NCBI GenBank assembly: GCA_963734545.1
Contig: CAVTHO010000004.1
Span: 192,001-256,000 of the forward strand
Source: an uncultured Spirochaetota bacterium
GTDB lineage: Bacteria > Spirochaetota > Spirochaetia > SZUA-6 > Fen-1364
Direction: 5' to 3'
Length of the DNA: 64,000 nt
Below the pieces are notes generated by a model. It did no database searches. It was not told the DNA's origin and saw only the letters and a program-made list of their open reading frames with translations. The position numbers were made by a program, and so were the translations under genes. Positions within the stretch are counted from its first letter, which is position 1, and each line of letters opens with the position of its first letter. Positions 1-9,429 of the stretch are shown here, in pieces.

Positions 1-40
1 GAAGTCTAAGTAAATTGCTCACCACAGAGAAGGAGATCGT

Positions 41-1468
41 ATGCCGCAAGGCGTTTTCAATACTGTTCTGGATTCCCGTTCGTATCGCTGGCGCTGGTGG
101 GCGCTCATAGGCGCGTCCCTGGCGGTCTTCATGGCAGCCCTGGACAGCAACGTGGTGAATGTCGCGCTTCCGGTCATGGCCCGCATCTTCCACGTGGATC
201 GCGAGATCCGATGGGTGGTCCTGAGCTACATACTTCCGACCACTGCCCTGCTGGGCGCCTTCGGCGCGCTCTCGGACGTCATTGGCCGCAGGCGGATCAC
301 GTTGATCGGGGTCACGCTTTTCATACTGGGAAGCATCCTTTGCGGAACAGCCCAGTCGCTTCCCCAGATGGTCGCCTACCGCTTGATCCAGGGCATCGGC
401 GGCTCGGCCATCGGCTCGGCAATACTTGCAATCGCAACGGTGAACTTTGCTCCGGAGGAGCGCGGCAGGGCCATGGCGGTAATCGGGCTGATTGCGCCGC
501 TCGGGGCGGTGGTGGGACCCAGCCTGGGCGGTCTTCTCATTGGAGCGTTCGGCTGGCCGGCGATCTTCTATATCAACGTGCCGTTCGGGATCGTCGCATT
601 CACGCTGATCTTCCGGCTCCTGCCGCATGACGAAGCCCGGCAGATCAAGACCTTCGACGTATGGGGAGCGCTTCTCTTCAGCGCCGCGCTGGTCCTGCTG
701 ATCATGGGGCTCTCCCCTTCCGGCGGCCGGCTCACGAGCCTGGATTTCCTGCTGCTTGCCGGCTGCGCCGCCGCGGTAGCCTTGCTCGTGGTCGTGGAGC
801 GCCGGGCGGCCAATCCGCTTGCCCCTCCGTCCCTGGTCGGCAAACGCCATTTCACGATCCCTCTGGCCGGTATCATGACCATGGGCATAGTCGGCGCTGG
901 GCTTGGCTTCATCATGCCGTTCTTCCTCGAGGGGACGCTCGGCATGGGCCCCGAGCGCGCGGGACTGACCCTCCTGTTCTTTCCGCTCGCAATGGCGGCG
1001 GCTTCCCAGGTAGGGGGGCGGTTGTCTGACAGGTTCCATCCGCGGCTTCCGGCCGCCGTGGGCGCAGTCATCTCCCTCATCGGCGTCATTCTCCTCCTGC
1101 CGCTGAACAGCCACTGGAGCATGGCTGACCTTGCGGTCCGATTCGCCATGGTTGGCCTGGGCTTCGGATTCTTCGTATCCCCCAGCAGTGTCGCGGTCAT
1201 GACGGCAACCCCGCGAGATCACGTGGGAGTCGGGGGCGCGCTGGCCAACACGGCAAGGTTCATGGGTTTCGCCCTCGGGCCCACACTTGCCACGGTGTTC
1301 TGGAACCCCGGCCTCACCGCGGCCGTCGGCATGAGCGCCATGCGCGTTGTCGTGTTCATCCTCGTGGGGGTTCAGGCGTTGACGCTTGCCACCGTGCTCG
1401 GCTACCGGGCCCAGCGTGATGCGGGGGAGGCAAAAACGAGCGTGGAGTCTTCCAGCAGCGCTGCCTAG
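41..1468 (+). CDS. MFS drug:H+ antiporter (DHA2/EmrB-QacA-like)
   Basis: 475 aa, many hydrophobic segments; 'FMAALDSNVVNVALP', motif A-like 'GALSDVIGRRR' and 'GGRLSDR', motif C-like 'GAVVGPSLGG'; AGGAG RBS before ATG. Confidence 0.9.
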   Translation: MPQGVFNTVLDSRSYRWRWWALIGASLAVFMAALDSNVVNVALPVMARIFHVDREIRWVVLSYILPTTALLGAFGALSDVIGRRRITLIGVTLFILGSILCGTAQSLPQMVAYRLIQGIGGSAIGSAILAIATVNFAPEERGRAMAVIGLIAPLGAVVGPSLGGLLIGAFGWPAIFYINVPFGIVAFTLIFRLLPHDEARQIKTFDVWGALLFSAALVLLIMGLSPSGGRLTSLDFLLLAGCAAAVALLVVVERRAANPLAPPSLVGKRHFTIPLAGIMTMGIVGAGLGFIMPFFLEGTLGMGPERAGLTLLFFPLAMAAASQVGGRLSDRFHPRLPAAVGAVISLIGVILLLPLNSHWSMADLAVRFAMVGLGFGFFVSPSSVAVMTATPRDHVGVGGALANTARFMGFALGPTLATVFWNPGLTAAVGMSAMRVVVFILVGVQALTLATVLGYRAQRDAGEAKTSVESSSSAA

Positions 1469-1472
1469 TCTG

Positions 1473-2360
1473 CTACGCGGCGGCCCGCGGCCGCCGCGTC
1501 TCTGACTCCTTGTGAAGGGCCACGGCGCCTATCACGAGCAGGACCCCCGCGACTTCCAGGAGCGTCGGCACCTGGCGAAGCACGATGATGCCGATCAGGA
1601 CGGCAGTGGCGGGCAGGATCGAAAGCATGAGAGCAAAGGTTGCCCGGGGAAGCCGTGCCATGGCCAACTGGTCGGTGACGTAGGGGATGACCGAAGAGCA
1701 GATCCCCACGCCGATCCCGGCAAGGATGAGAAGCGGCTTTCCCATGGCAGGCAGGGCGCCGGCAAACCCGATCGGCGTGATCGTGATCAGCGCAACCATC
1801 ATGGCAGCGCCGAGCCGGTCGATTCCCGCGGCCCCACCGTCCTGCGCAATCCTGTGACCCAGGATGATGTAGAGCATGAACAGCGCGCAATTGGCGAACG
1901 CAAATACAAAGCCCAGGGGCTGGCCGCTGATCCGGACGTCAGTCAGGAGCCAGACGCCGGCTGCTGCCAGCAGGAGCGCACCGATGTTGCGCAAGGTCCG
2001 CGAGCCGAGCGCTGCCAGTATGATGGGCCCGAGGAACTCGATTGCCCCCACGGTGCCCAGCGGAACCCGCGCAATCGCAAGATAGAACAGGGCATTCATG
2101 AGGCCGAGCACGACCCCAAGGGCAATCAGGGTCCATCGTCGGGCCCATGATATGCCCATGAACGCGCGCCATGGCCGGCGCCATACCATGAAGACCACCG
2201 CGGCAGCGGCTATCCTGAGCCAAGCCACGCCGAGCACGCTCACCGAGCTGAAGAGCAGGACCGCGAATGCCGGTCCAAGATAGTGGAAGACCGCGCTCAC
2301 GACAAAGTAGGCGTGCGGGGGAATCCTCGATCGCAGGGCTGTTCCGTTCATCTGACCCAT
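1473..2360 (-). CDS. EamA/DMT family transporter (RhtA-like)
   Basis: 295 aa, about 10 TM segments; 'FYLAIARVPLGTVGAIEFLGP' and 'GICSSVIPY' are typical of RhtA-like EamA proteins. Confidence 0.85.
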   Translation of the reverse strand: MGQMNGTALRSRIPPHAYFVVSAVFHYLGPAFAVLLFSSVSVLGVAWLRIAAAAVVFMVWRRPWRAFMGISWARRWTLIALGVVLGLMNALFYLAIARVPLGTVGAIEFLGPIILAALGSRTLRNIGALLLAAAGVWLLTDVRISGQPLGFVFAFANCALFMLYIILGHRIAQDGGAAGIDRLGAAMMVALITITPIGFAGALPAMGKPLLILAGIGVGICSSVIPYVTDQLAMARLPRATFALMLSILPATAVLIGIIVLRQVPTLLEVAGVLLVIGAVALHKESETRRPRAAA

Positions 2361-2521
2361 TTCGGGTTTTAAGATACAAATGGAAAGACCTGAAAACCAT
2401 GGCTCCTGTCAGGCGCTGTCGTCGCAGATCAGCCGACCCTGGGCGGCCGCGAATCGAAGTTCCTATCCTTTTACCCCCCACACGGTTACATTGTACCTAA
2501 GTCAAAAAGGAGGGTACAAAG

Positions 2522-2866
2522 ATGCCCGAATCTCGAATGAGGGTTGCGCCTGATAATGTGGCATATGCTGACTCGGAGAACCGCAAGCTGATAGTGGAGT
2601 TCGCCATCCCGGGAGCGCCAGCGGAAACCATCGATCTCAAGATGCTGGAAGACAGTGTCCATCTGTCAGCGCTCGCCAGGGACATCGAGTATGTTGCATC
2701 ATTGGCTTTGGGTTGGGCGGTGAAGCCTGACAAAGCCGAAGCGACCTACGAGCACGGCCTGCTTCGAATCGAGGTGCCCTTCAAAGACCCGATGGAAGAT
2801 GCTGTGAAGGTCGTCATCAAGACAGGTGGCGCAGAAACCAAGAAGAAAATAATCGCAGGCAAATGA
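2522..2866 (+). CDS. Hsp20/alpha-crystallin family small heat-shock protein
   Basis: 'VEFAIPG..ETIDL' and 'AEATYEHGLLRIEVP' alpha-crystallin signature; AAGGAGG RBS. Confidence 0.85.
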   Translation: MPESRMRVAPDNVAYADSENRKLIVEFAIPGAPAETIDLKMLEDSVHLSALARDIEYVASLALGWAVKPDKAEATYEHGLLRIEVPFKDPMEDAVKVVIKTGGAETKKKIIAGK

Positions 2867-2931
2867 CATACCGCTATTGTCTTGCAATATCCTCGTAGGT
2901 AGTCCCAGAATACCAAACGAAGGGGCAGGCG

Positions 2932-3742
2932 ATGGCTGCAAGAAGACTCATGCTGGCAGGGTTGGTGTTTCTCGCTCTGGCTGCGACTGTTCAGCCGATT
3001 GCCGCGCAGGAAGTCACGATTCCTTTCTCAGAAACTGCAGATACCGGGAACTCTGCACAAGCCGGCCGGTGACGGTCCCTTCCCTGCTCTCGTCTTTCTG
3101 GTCGGATGTGAAGGCAATACACACCCCGCTCCCCCGCTTGTGGAGCAGCATGCCCAGTGGGTCGACAGGCTGGTGGGATGGGGATATGTGACCCTGGAGC
3201 TGGACAGCTTTACTCCCCGCGGCCGTGACGGCTGTGACAAGGCCTTCACGGTCACCGAGGATATGAGGTGCCTTGACGCGTATGCCGCGAAATCGTACCT
3301 GGCAACGCTCCCGTTTGTGGATCCGGACAACGTCGGAGTCATCGGCTGGTCGCACGGGGGATCGACCATATTGTCGATGATAGATGCGTCCTCCGGCGTG
3401 AGGCTCTTGAACAAGCTGGTGAGTCCATTCAAGGCTGCCGTTGCCTTTTATCCAACCTGCCACTCCCTGTATCGTCCTGACACGCCGGTCCTTGTGCTTA
3501 TCGGGAGGAAGGATGACATAACCCCGGCGCGCCTGGCTGAATCCCTGGAGAGAGACTACAAAAGCTCAAGCTGGAATATGGAATTCTCCTTGACGGTGTA
3601 CCCGAATGCGACTCACGGCTTCGATGTGGAGGGATTCAAGGGTGGGTTCGATGTTGATCGCCACCACCTGGATTACGATCCCCAGGCCACCGCTGACGCA
3701 ATCGCCCAGACAAAGGACTTTCTCGCAAAGTACATGCGATAG
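2932..3742 (+). CDS. Exported dienelactone hydrolase-like alpha/beta hydrolase (frameshift near 3030)
   Basis: ATG 2932 gives a signal peptide MAARRLMLAGLVFLALAATVQPIAAQEVTIPFSE, then a frame switch to LQIPGTLHKP; nucleophile GWSHGG, 'AAVAFYP', 'GRKDD', 'YPNATHGFD'. Confidence 0.8.
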
Positions 3743-3751
3743 ACACCTCTG

Positions 3752-4437
3752 TCACGCGCGCTGCCGCGGCTTGGGGCGCGCACGCGCTTGCGGGGGAAGC
3801 AGCACCGCCTCCAGGATGTCCGCCAGCCATTTCTCGTAGCGGTCTCCCGACCATCCCCTGTCCACAGTCAGCAGCCAGTGCACCTCCGCGCTGCTCAGCG
3901 CCCAGGCAGCCTCTGCCGCCGCATCGACGTCGAGGCCTGGCGCAGCGGACCATTCGCGGAGACCATTCGCACAAAGGCGCGCATCCCCTCCAGTCTCTGC
4001 TCCAGAAGCTTCCCCAGGAGGGTTGCGATCTCCGGCTCTGTTGCCGCGGCGGCGTGCATGACCTGAAACAGCGGGCCGACGCGCGCCATGATCTGCCGCA
4101 TATCGGCTGCGAAGAGCCGCACCTGCTCGCCCTGGCTTTTCGAGCGGCGTACCGCCTGGGGACCTTCCTGCTCCAGCAGGGGACCGCGTCCCGCGTCTCC
4201 CAGCACCGACAGCCCGACGAGGTCGGAAAGAAGGGCACGCTTGCTCCCAAATGTGACATAGACAGTCTCTGGTGAAACCCCTGCCTCACGGGCGATCCTG
4301 CTCACCGTTGCGCCTGAGTAGCCGCGCTCGATGAAGACCCGCCGCGCCGCCTCCAGCACCTGCAGGCGCGTTTCGGCGGCCTGCGCCTTTCGCCGGTCCG
4401 AGGAGTAGGAGCGTTTTGACGTTGTGCGCCTGGACAT
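3752..4437 (-). CDS. TetR/AcrR family transcriptional regulator (frameshift near 3935)
   Basis: HTH 'GYSGATVSRIAREAGVSPETVYVTFGSKRALL'; C-terminus continues in another frame as 'LDVDAAAEAAWALSSAEVHWLLTVDRGWSGDRYEKWLADIL' to TGA at 3752. Confidence 0.85.
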
Positions 4438-4465
4438 ACCTGTTGACTCCCTGATCGTATTTTAG

Positions 4466-4480
4466 TACAGTATAACTGTA
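4466..4480. promoter_or_regulatory. Inverted repeat, candidate TetR operator
   Basis: TACAGT-ATA-ACTGTA, a perfect 6-3-6 palindrome in the AT-rich gap between divergent tetR and ester cyclase genes. Confidence 0.6.
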
Positions 4481-4598
4481 ATGAATATCTCAGTACATTA
4501 TCCATTAAATGACCGCTCAGATGATGGACATATACCGTATTCCCCGGGGCGTGTCGATCCCTCTCGGGCGGTCCATTCCACGCTCACAGGAGGTTTTC

Positions 4599-5021
4599 AT
4601 GTCTCAGCAGCATAACGCGGAGGTCTTTCGCACCGTGATGGAAGAGGCGTTCGGCAAGGGCAACGTTGCAGCCCTCGACGGATTGTTCGCCGCAGACGCC
4701 AGGGAGCACCAGTTCGGCATGCCCCCGAACGTCGAGGGCCTGAAAGGCTCGATCATGAACCTGCGTGCCGCTTTCCCCGATCTTACCCTGACCGTGGAGG
4801 AGGTCGTCACGGATGGCGACATGGTCTGGGGCCGGGCCACGGCACGCGGAACCCACCTGGGGCCGTTCATGGGCATGACGCCGAGCAGCAGGAAGTTTGC
4901 CATCCAGGTCTTCGATATGTGCAGATTCGAAGACGGGCGGATCGTCGAGCACTGGGGAGTTCCTGACAGGTTCGCGCTCATGGCGCAGTTGGGCGCTCTT
5001 CCCCGACAGGGAAGTCACTGA
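4599..5021 (+). CDS. SnoaL-like ester cyclase (NTF2 fold)
   Basis: AGGAGG then ATG at 4599; 'AAFPDL..TVEEVVTDGDMVW.R.TARGTHLGPFMG', 'RFEDGRIVEHWGVPD'. Confidence 0.85.
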   Translation: MSQQHNAEVFRTVMEEAFGKGNVAALDGLFAADAREHQFGMPPNVEGLKGSIMNLRAAFPDLTLTVEEVVTDGDMVWGRATARGTHLGPFMGMTPSSRKFAIQVFDMCRFEDGRIVEHWGVPDRFALMAQLGALPRQGSH

Positions 5022-5106
5022 CCGAAAGTAACAGGAGGAGCTCTGTCCGGAGTTGGGCGCCAGGTCGGGGTTTCGCCGTGCGTACCGCTGATGTTATAGT
5101 GTGCGC

Positions 5107-6558
5107 ATGCATAAAAAGGCTCGGTCTGGCTCCCTGACTTTCAAGGTCAACTTTATCCTGATCGCGGCGCTTGCCGTGGGAATCGGCGCCATCATGGCTG
5201 CATTCGCCGTCTCCCTTGTTGCCTTTCGCAACCAGCTCACGATCCAGAGTCTCATGAGGCAGGGCGATGATCATTTTGTGGCCGTTGAAACCTTGATGAT
5301 CTCCGGCAATGCGCCGGAGGCTGTGGGTTACTTCACAAAGGTCAATCTCACAAACGCTGCCACGACAATCACCCTCTACAGGAGGGACGGGACAAGGGCT
5401 TTCTCTGACAATAGAACCATCGAGAGGGTGAACCAGAACCTGAAGACGCAGCGGTTCCAGGTCAGGGACCGTCTTCCGCCTCCGGGCCAGACCATGCCGA
5501 CTCCTCGATTTGCCGAGGCTGTCACCCTTCCGCCCCAGGAGGTCTTTTTCAGGGACGACGTCGGCTTTGCCCTTACCGGCGGGAAGGCGTACTTCCGGGC
5601 GTACCGGCCGCTCATCAACCTGCCCAAGTGTACCGTGTGCCACGGCTCTGACCACACGGTGCGAGGCGTCATTGACATCCGAAGTGACGTCACGAGCGTT
5701 GTCCTGGCGCAGGCGTTCAGCATCGGCGGAGCCGGGGCCGGCTTTTTCGTCATGGTGGCGATCCTGGCTCTTGTGATCGGATCATTCCTGCGGCAGGTCG
5801 TGCTGCGGCCCGTGCAGGCCATCGGCAGGGTGTGCGCCCAGGTGACCTCGGGAAACTTCGACGGAAAGGTCGAAGTCCGGAGCAACGACGAAATCGGGGT
5901 CCTTGCCCGCACGGTCAACACCATGGTGGGCGGGCTTCACGAGAGATTCGAGCTCACGAAGTACGTCTCTGCCAGCACAATCGGCTCACTCAAGGCGAGC
6001 CAGGAGCCGAAGCGCGTCCTTCGTACCCTCCTTTTCACGGATGTGCGCGGATTCACCTCGTACACGGAGCGCAGCGGACCTGAGCAGGTCGTGAATGTCC
6101 TGAACCGCATCCTGGAAAAGCAGTCAGAGATCATCCAGAGCTGCGGCGGTGACATCGACAAGTTCGTGGGGGACGCCATCCTGGCGGTTTTCTCCGGAGA
6201 CGAGGCTTCGAGCCGGGCCTGCGCGGCCGCGCTCCGTATTGTCCGCCTCTGCGCGGAGAGCGCGGAGGAGTTCGAGCACCTCGCGGTAGGCGCCGGAATT
6301 GCCGCGGGATCGGTCATCCATGGCATGGTCGGGTCGGCGCGACGGGCTGACTTCACGGTCATAGGAGACTCGGTGAACGTGGCAAGCCGGCTCTGCGGCA
6401 TCGCCAAGGGAATGCAGATCGTCGTGAGCGACGCAATACGAGAGGCGGCAGGGAGCGAGTACCGGTTCAAAGGGCCGTATTCCGCAAAGCTCAAGGGCAA
6501 GAACGAAAGTCAGAATGTCTGGCTTCTCAGCGGCCAGGGAGAGGGGGGCTCACCATGA
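5107..6558 (+). CDS. Membrane class III adenylate cyclase with periplasmic heme-c (CxxCH) sensor and HAMP domain
   Basis: Two TM helices flank a domain with 'LPKCTVCHG'; HAMP 'VEVRSNDEIGVLARTVNTMV'; cyclase motifs 'LFTDVRGFT', 'IDKFVGD', 'DFTVIGDSVNVASRL' (Lys/Asp adenine-specifying pair). Start is ATG 5107 or GTG 5101. Confidence 0.9.
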   Translation: MHKKARSGSLTFKVNFILIAALAVGIGAIMAAFAVSLVAFRNQLTIQSLMRQGDDHFVAVETLMISGNAPEAVGYFTKVNLTNAATTITLYRRDGTRAFSDNRTIERVNQNLKTQRFQVRDRLPPPGQTMPTPRFAEAVTLPPQEVFFRDDVGFALTGGKAYFRAYRPLINLPKCTVCHGSDHTVRGVIDIRSDVTSVVLAQAFSIGGAGAGFFVMVAILALVIGSFLRQVVLRPVQAIGRVCAQVTSGNFDGKVEVRSNDEIGVLARTVNTMVGGLHERFELTKYVSASTIGSLKASQEPKRVLRTLLFTDVRGFTSYTERSGPEQVVNVLNRILEKQSEIIQSCGGDIDKFVGDAILAVFSGDEASSRACAAALRIVRLCAESAEEFEHLAVGAGIAAGSVIHGMVGSARRADFTVIGDSVNVASRLCGIAKGMQIVVSDAIREAAGSEYRFKGPYSAKLKGKNESQNVWLLSGQGEGGSP

Positions 6559-7121
6559 CAGGGCAGCGAATCCTTCGGGCGCTGTGGCGCTGTGTCCTGC
6601 CGCTGGCTCTATGGATGCTTGCAGGCTGCGCCGCGGAGAAGACAACCGTGTACGCCACGCCGGACTATCATTCCTGGAAGCGCACCACGGACGTGATCCT
6701 GGACTATCCGATACCGGGCCACCAGGATCGATTCCGCATCCCGAGAATGAACAGTCTCGGTTTCACCGCGCAGCCCTCCATCCAGAACGGCAAGAGACAC
6801 TGGGACTTCCCCGTTGGCACCATCATAGTGAAGGAAGTCTACCAGACGACGAAGCCGGCGCCGGAGGAGCAGCCCATACAGCTCACCATCATGGTGAAGG
6901 CTCCCCGCGACCCCCACTCCCAGGGCGGGTGGCTCTGGATCACCCGTGATCTGCCCGGCGGCAAAGAGGCGGTCTTCATGGGGAACTTCTGCATCACCTG
7001 CCATGCCAACGCCAACGAAAAGCATCCGTACGGCGACGGCAACCCGAACGAAGAGTTCCGCGACTATGTGTTCTTCGTTCCCGCCGAAGGAAGTCCGAGG
7101 CCGGCCGCCGGCTCCTACTAG
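6555..7121 (+). CDS. Cytochrome P460 family lipoprotein
   Basis: Lipobox LAGC; 'PDYHSW', 'DFPVGTIIVKE', 'MVK', 'GGWLW', C-terminal CITCH and 'DYVF' match the P460 family pattern; ATGA overlap with the cyclase stop. Confidence 0.8.
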   Translation: MTGQRILRALWRCVLPLALWMLAGCAAEKTTVYATPDYHSWKRTTDVILDYPIPGHQDRFRIPRMNSLGFTAQPSIQNGKRHWDFPVGTIIVKEVYQTTKPAPEEQPIQLTIMVKAPRDPHSQGGWLWITRDLPGGKEAVFMGNFCITCHANANEKHPYGDGNPNEEFRDYVFFVPAEGSPRPAAGSY

Positions 7122-8214
7122 CGGCACGCGGGGATGATGTAGCTCTTCAGCAGATCCCGCTTCAGGGTCACCGGATTCGATATGCGCGGTGAATACGACC
7201 ACGAGGTCCAGCCGGGGCACGACAAAGATACCCTGGCCGTAGCGCCCGCGCGCGGCAAAGAAGGGTACGTCGGTGTCGACCCACCACTGGTAGCTGTATG
7301 ACCACCCGCCGGTTGCCGTGATTTGAGGCAGCCTGGACTCCCGCACCCACGCGGCGGGAACCACCTGCTTTCCTTCCCACAACCCCTTGTGAAGATAGAG
7401 GTATCCCAGCTTCGCCATGTCTCGTGGAGAGAGCCGAAGCCCCCACCCACCAATAGGCAGGCCCTCAGGGTCCCGCTCCCAGCGAGGATTGGAAATGCCC
7501 AGGGGCTCGAAAAGGGAAGCGCGGGCAAAGTCATAGAGATCCTTGCCGCTCGACTTCTGGATTATTGCCGCCAGGATGTGCGAGTTTCCCGAGCTGTAAT
7601 TGAATCGGCTTCCCGGCCTGGCAACCATGGGAAAATCCAGAACAAAACCGATCCAGTCACCGCCGGGCAGCGTGTACATGCGGCTGTACGTTTCATCCGC
7701 TTCCCGCCAGCTCAACCCCGAGCTCATGGTGAGGAGATTCTCCACCGTGAGCGCACGCTTCCGCGAATCAGTGGCGGCAAAGGTACGCCCGGGAAAGAAG
7801 CCGAGCACCGGCCGCGCCGTGTCCGCGATATAGCCCTTGTCGATGGCGATTCCCATGAGGGCGGAAACAAAGCTCTTTGTGCAGGAAAAAAGATCATGGC
7901 TCACGTTCTCATTGTATTGCGAGAAGTACTTCTCCTTGACGATGTAGCCGTGTCGGATCACTACCAGCCCGTGAAGGTCGAGCTCGCGCTGCCTGGCTGC
8001 TTCCAGCACCGCATCCAGCTTTGCCCCGTCCATGCCCTGCGCTTCGGGCGTGGAGGTTCGCCAGCCGTGTGTGGGCCAGAAATCTTCCGCGGTGATCGCA
8101 GGCGCCTCCACGCTGACCTGCGGCATGGGGGATTGAGAGGCGGATGCGGCCTTCCCGAGCAAGACAGCGAGCACGACGACGAAAACAAGATGCGGGAATC
8201 CACCATCTTTTCAT
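7118..8214 (-). CDS. Serine hydrolase, beta-lactamase class C/AmpC-related, exported (frameshifts near 8190 and 7175)
   Basis: SxxK 'FSCTKS', 'LLTMSSG', 'FNYSSGN', 'RDMAKLGYLYL', 'ARGRYGQ'; signal peptide and the C-terminus 'RDLLKSYIIPACR*' lie in neighbouring frames. Confidence 0.85.
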
Positions 8215-8317
8215 TGCGCGCATGATAGCGAAAAGTCCCGCGCCTGTCCTCGGTGGAAGGCCTTACCTTGACCCCCGGTGCGTGATATTCTTGGCCCGCT
8301 TATGAAAGGAGACACTC

Positions 8318-9352
8318 ATGAAAAAGCTTGTTTACCTGCCGGCGCTGGCGCTCATTGCCGTCGCGCTGCTCGTTGGCTGCGCGCCCAAGTCTTCGGCGCC
8401 GAAGTCGCAGAAGGTGGTTTATCTCATCAACGGGGCCCTCGGGGACAACGCCTTCTATGATTCGGGCAAGGCCGGAATAGACGCCATTGCAAAGCAATAC
8501 GGGGTGGAGACGCGCACCATCGAGTGCAGCTTCGACGCGGCGAAATACCAGCCCGCCCTGCAGGCCGCGGTGGACTACGCGGACGTGATCTTCGTGATCT
8601 CTTACGGGTTCGAGGACCAGCTCAAGGAGATCGCCGACAAGAATCCCTCCAAGGTGTTCGTGAACATCGACACGGTGGTGGAGAACCCGAAGAAGACCAT
8701 CACCTCGGTGGACTACATCGAAGAGGAGAGCGCGTACCTGGCGGGCGTGGTGGCCGGCATGGCCACGACCGACACATCGATCAAGAAGATCAACAAGGAC
8801 AAGATCGTCGGCGTGGTGGGCGGTGACACGGATCCCGTTGTGAGCGCGTTCGTTTTTGCCTACATGAACGGCGTGAAGTCCGTGGATCCCCAGATCAAGG
8901 TGCTCACCAAGGCGCTCGGCGGGGCGTGGGATGATTCCGCAAAGGGCAAGCAGGCCGCTCTCCAGCTCTTCGACCAGAAGGCGGACATCGTGTTCCAGGT
9001 CGCGGCCGCGGCCGGGATCGGGGTCCTGCAGGCAGCCAAGGAGCGGGGGCTGTACGCAATCGGCGTGGACACCAACCAGAACGACATGGAGCCCGGCTCC
9101 GTCATCGCCAGTGACGTGAAGAACGTGGGCGCCTCCATCGAGAAGGTCTTCAAGACCATCAAGGACGGGACCTACAAGCCGGGACAGGTCCTGGCGTCCG
9201 GCATCGCGCAGGGCGGAGTGGACATCGCGCTGGACGCCAAGGTGCAGGTCCTTCCCAAGGCCATCGTGGACAAGGTCATGGATCTGCGCCAGCAGATCGT
9301 GGACGGAAAGCTCGCCGTGGAGCACTACAGCGGCCAGGAAGTCTGGAAGTAA
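8318..9352 (+). CDS. BMP-family ABC substrate-binding lipoprotein (nucleoside type)
   Basis: Lipobox LVGC; 'GALGDNAFYD', 'AYLAGVVA', 'AIGVDTNQ'; AAGGAG RBS. Confidence 0.9.
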   Translation: MKKLVYLPALALIAVALLVGCAPKSSAPKSQKVVYLINGALGDNAFYDSGKAGIDAIAKQYGVETRTIECSFDAAKYQPALQAAVDYADVIFVISYGFEDQLKEIADKNPSKVFVNIDTVVENPKKTITSVDYIEEESAYLAGVVAGMATTDTSIKKINKDKIVGVVGGDTDPVVSAFVFAYMNGVKSVDPQIKVLTKALGGAWDDSAKGKQAALQLFDQKADIVFQVAAAAGIGVLQAAKERGLYAIGVDTNQNDMEPGSVIASDVKNVGASIEKVFKTIKDGTYKPGQVLASGIAQGGVDIALDAKVQVLPKAIVDKVMDLRQQIVDGKLAVEHYSGQEVWK

Positions 9353-9429
9353 GTGAATCGGGAGCAGGGCAAGGCGGCGGGGGCACCTGGCCTCCGCCGT
9401 GCGCTCTTCCCGGCTGCTGATCAAGAACC

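Noticed and set aside
6609-7117. Long C-terminal extension of the serine hydrolase antisense to cytochrome P460
   Set aside because: Frameshift read-through; the natural C-terminus ends at 7118
7118-8214. Antibiotic-resistance beta-lactamase
   Set aside because: Motifs fit the broad esterase/amidase serine hydrolase family; nothing shows beta-lactam specificity
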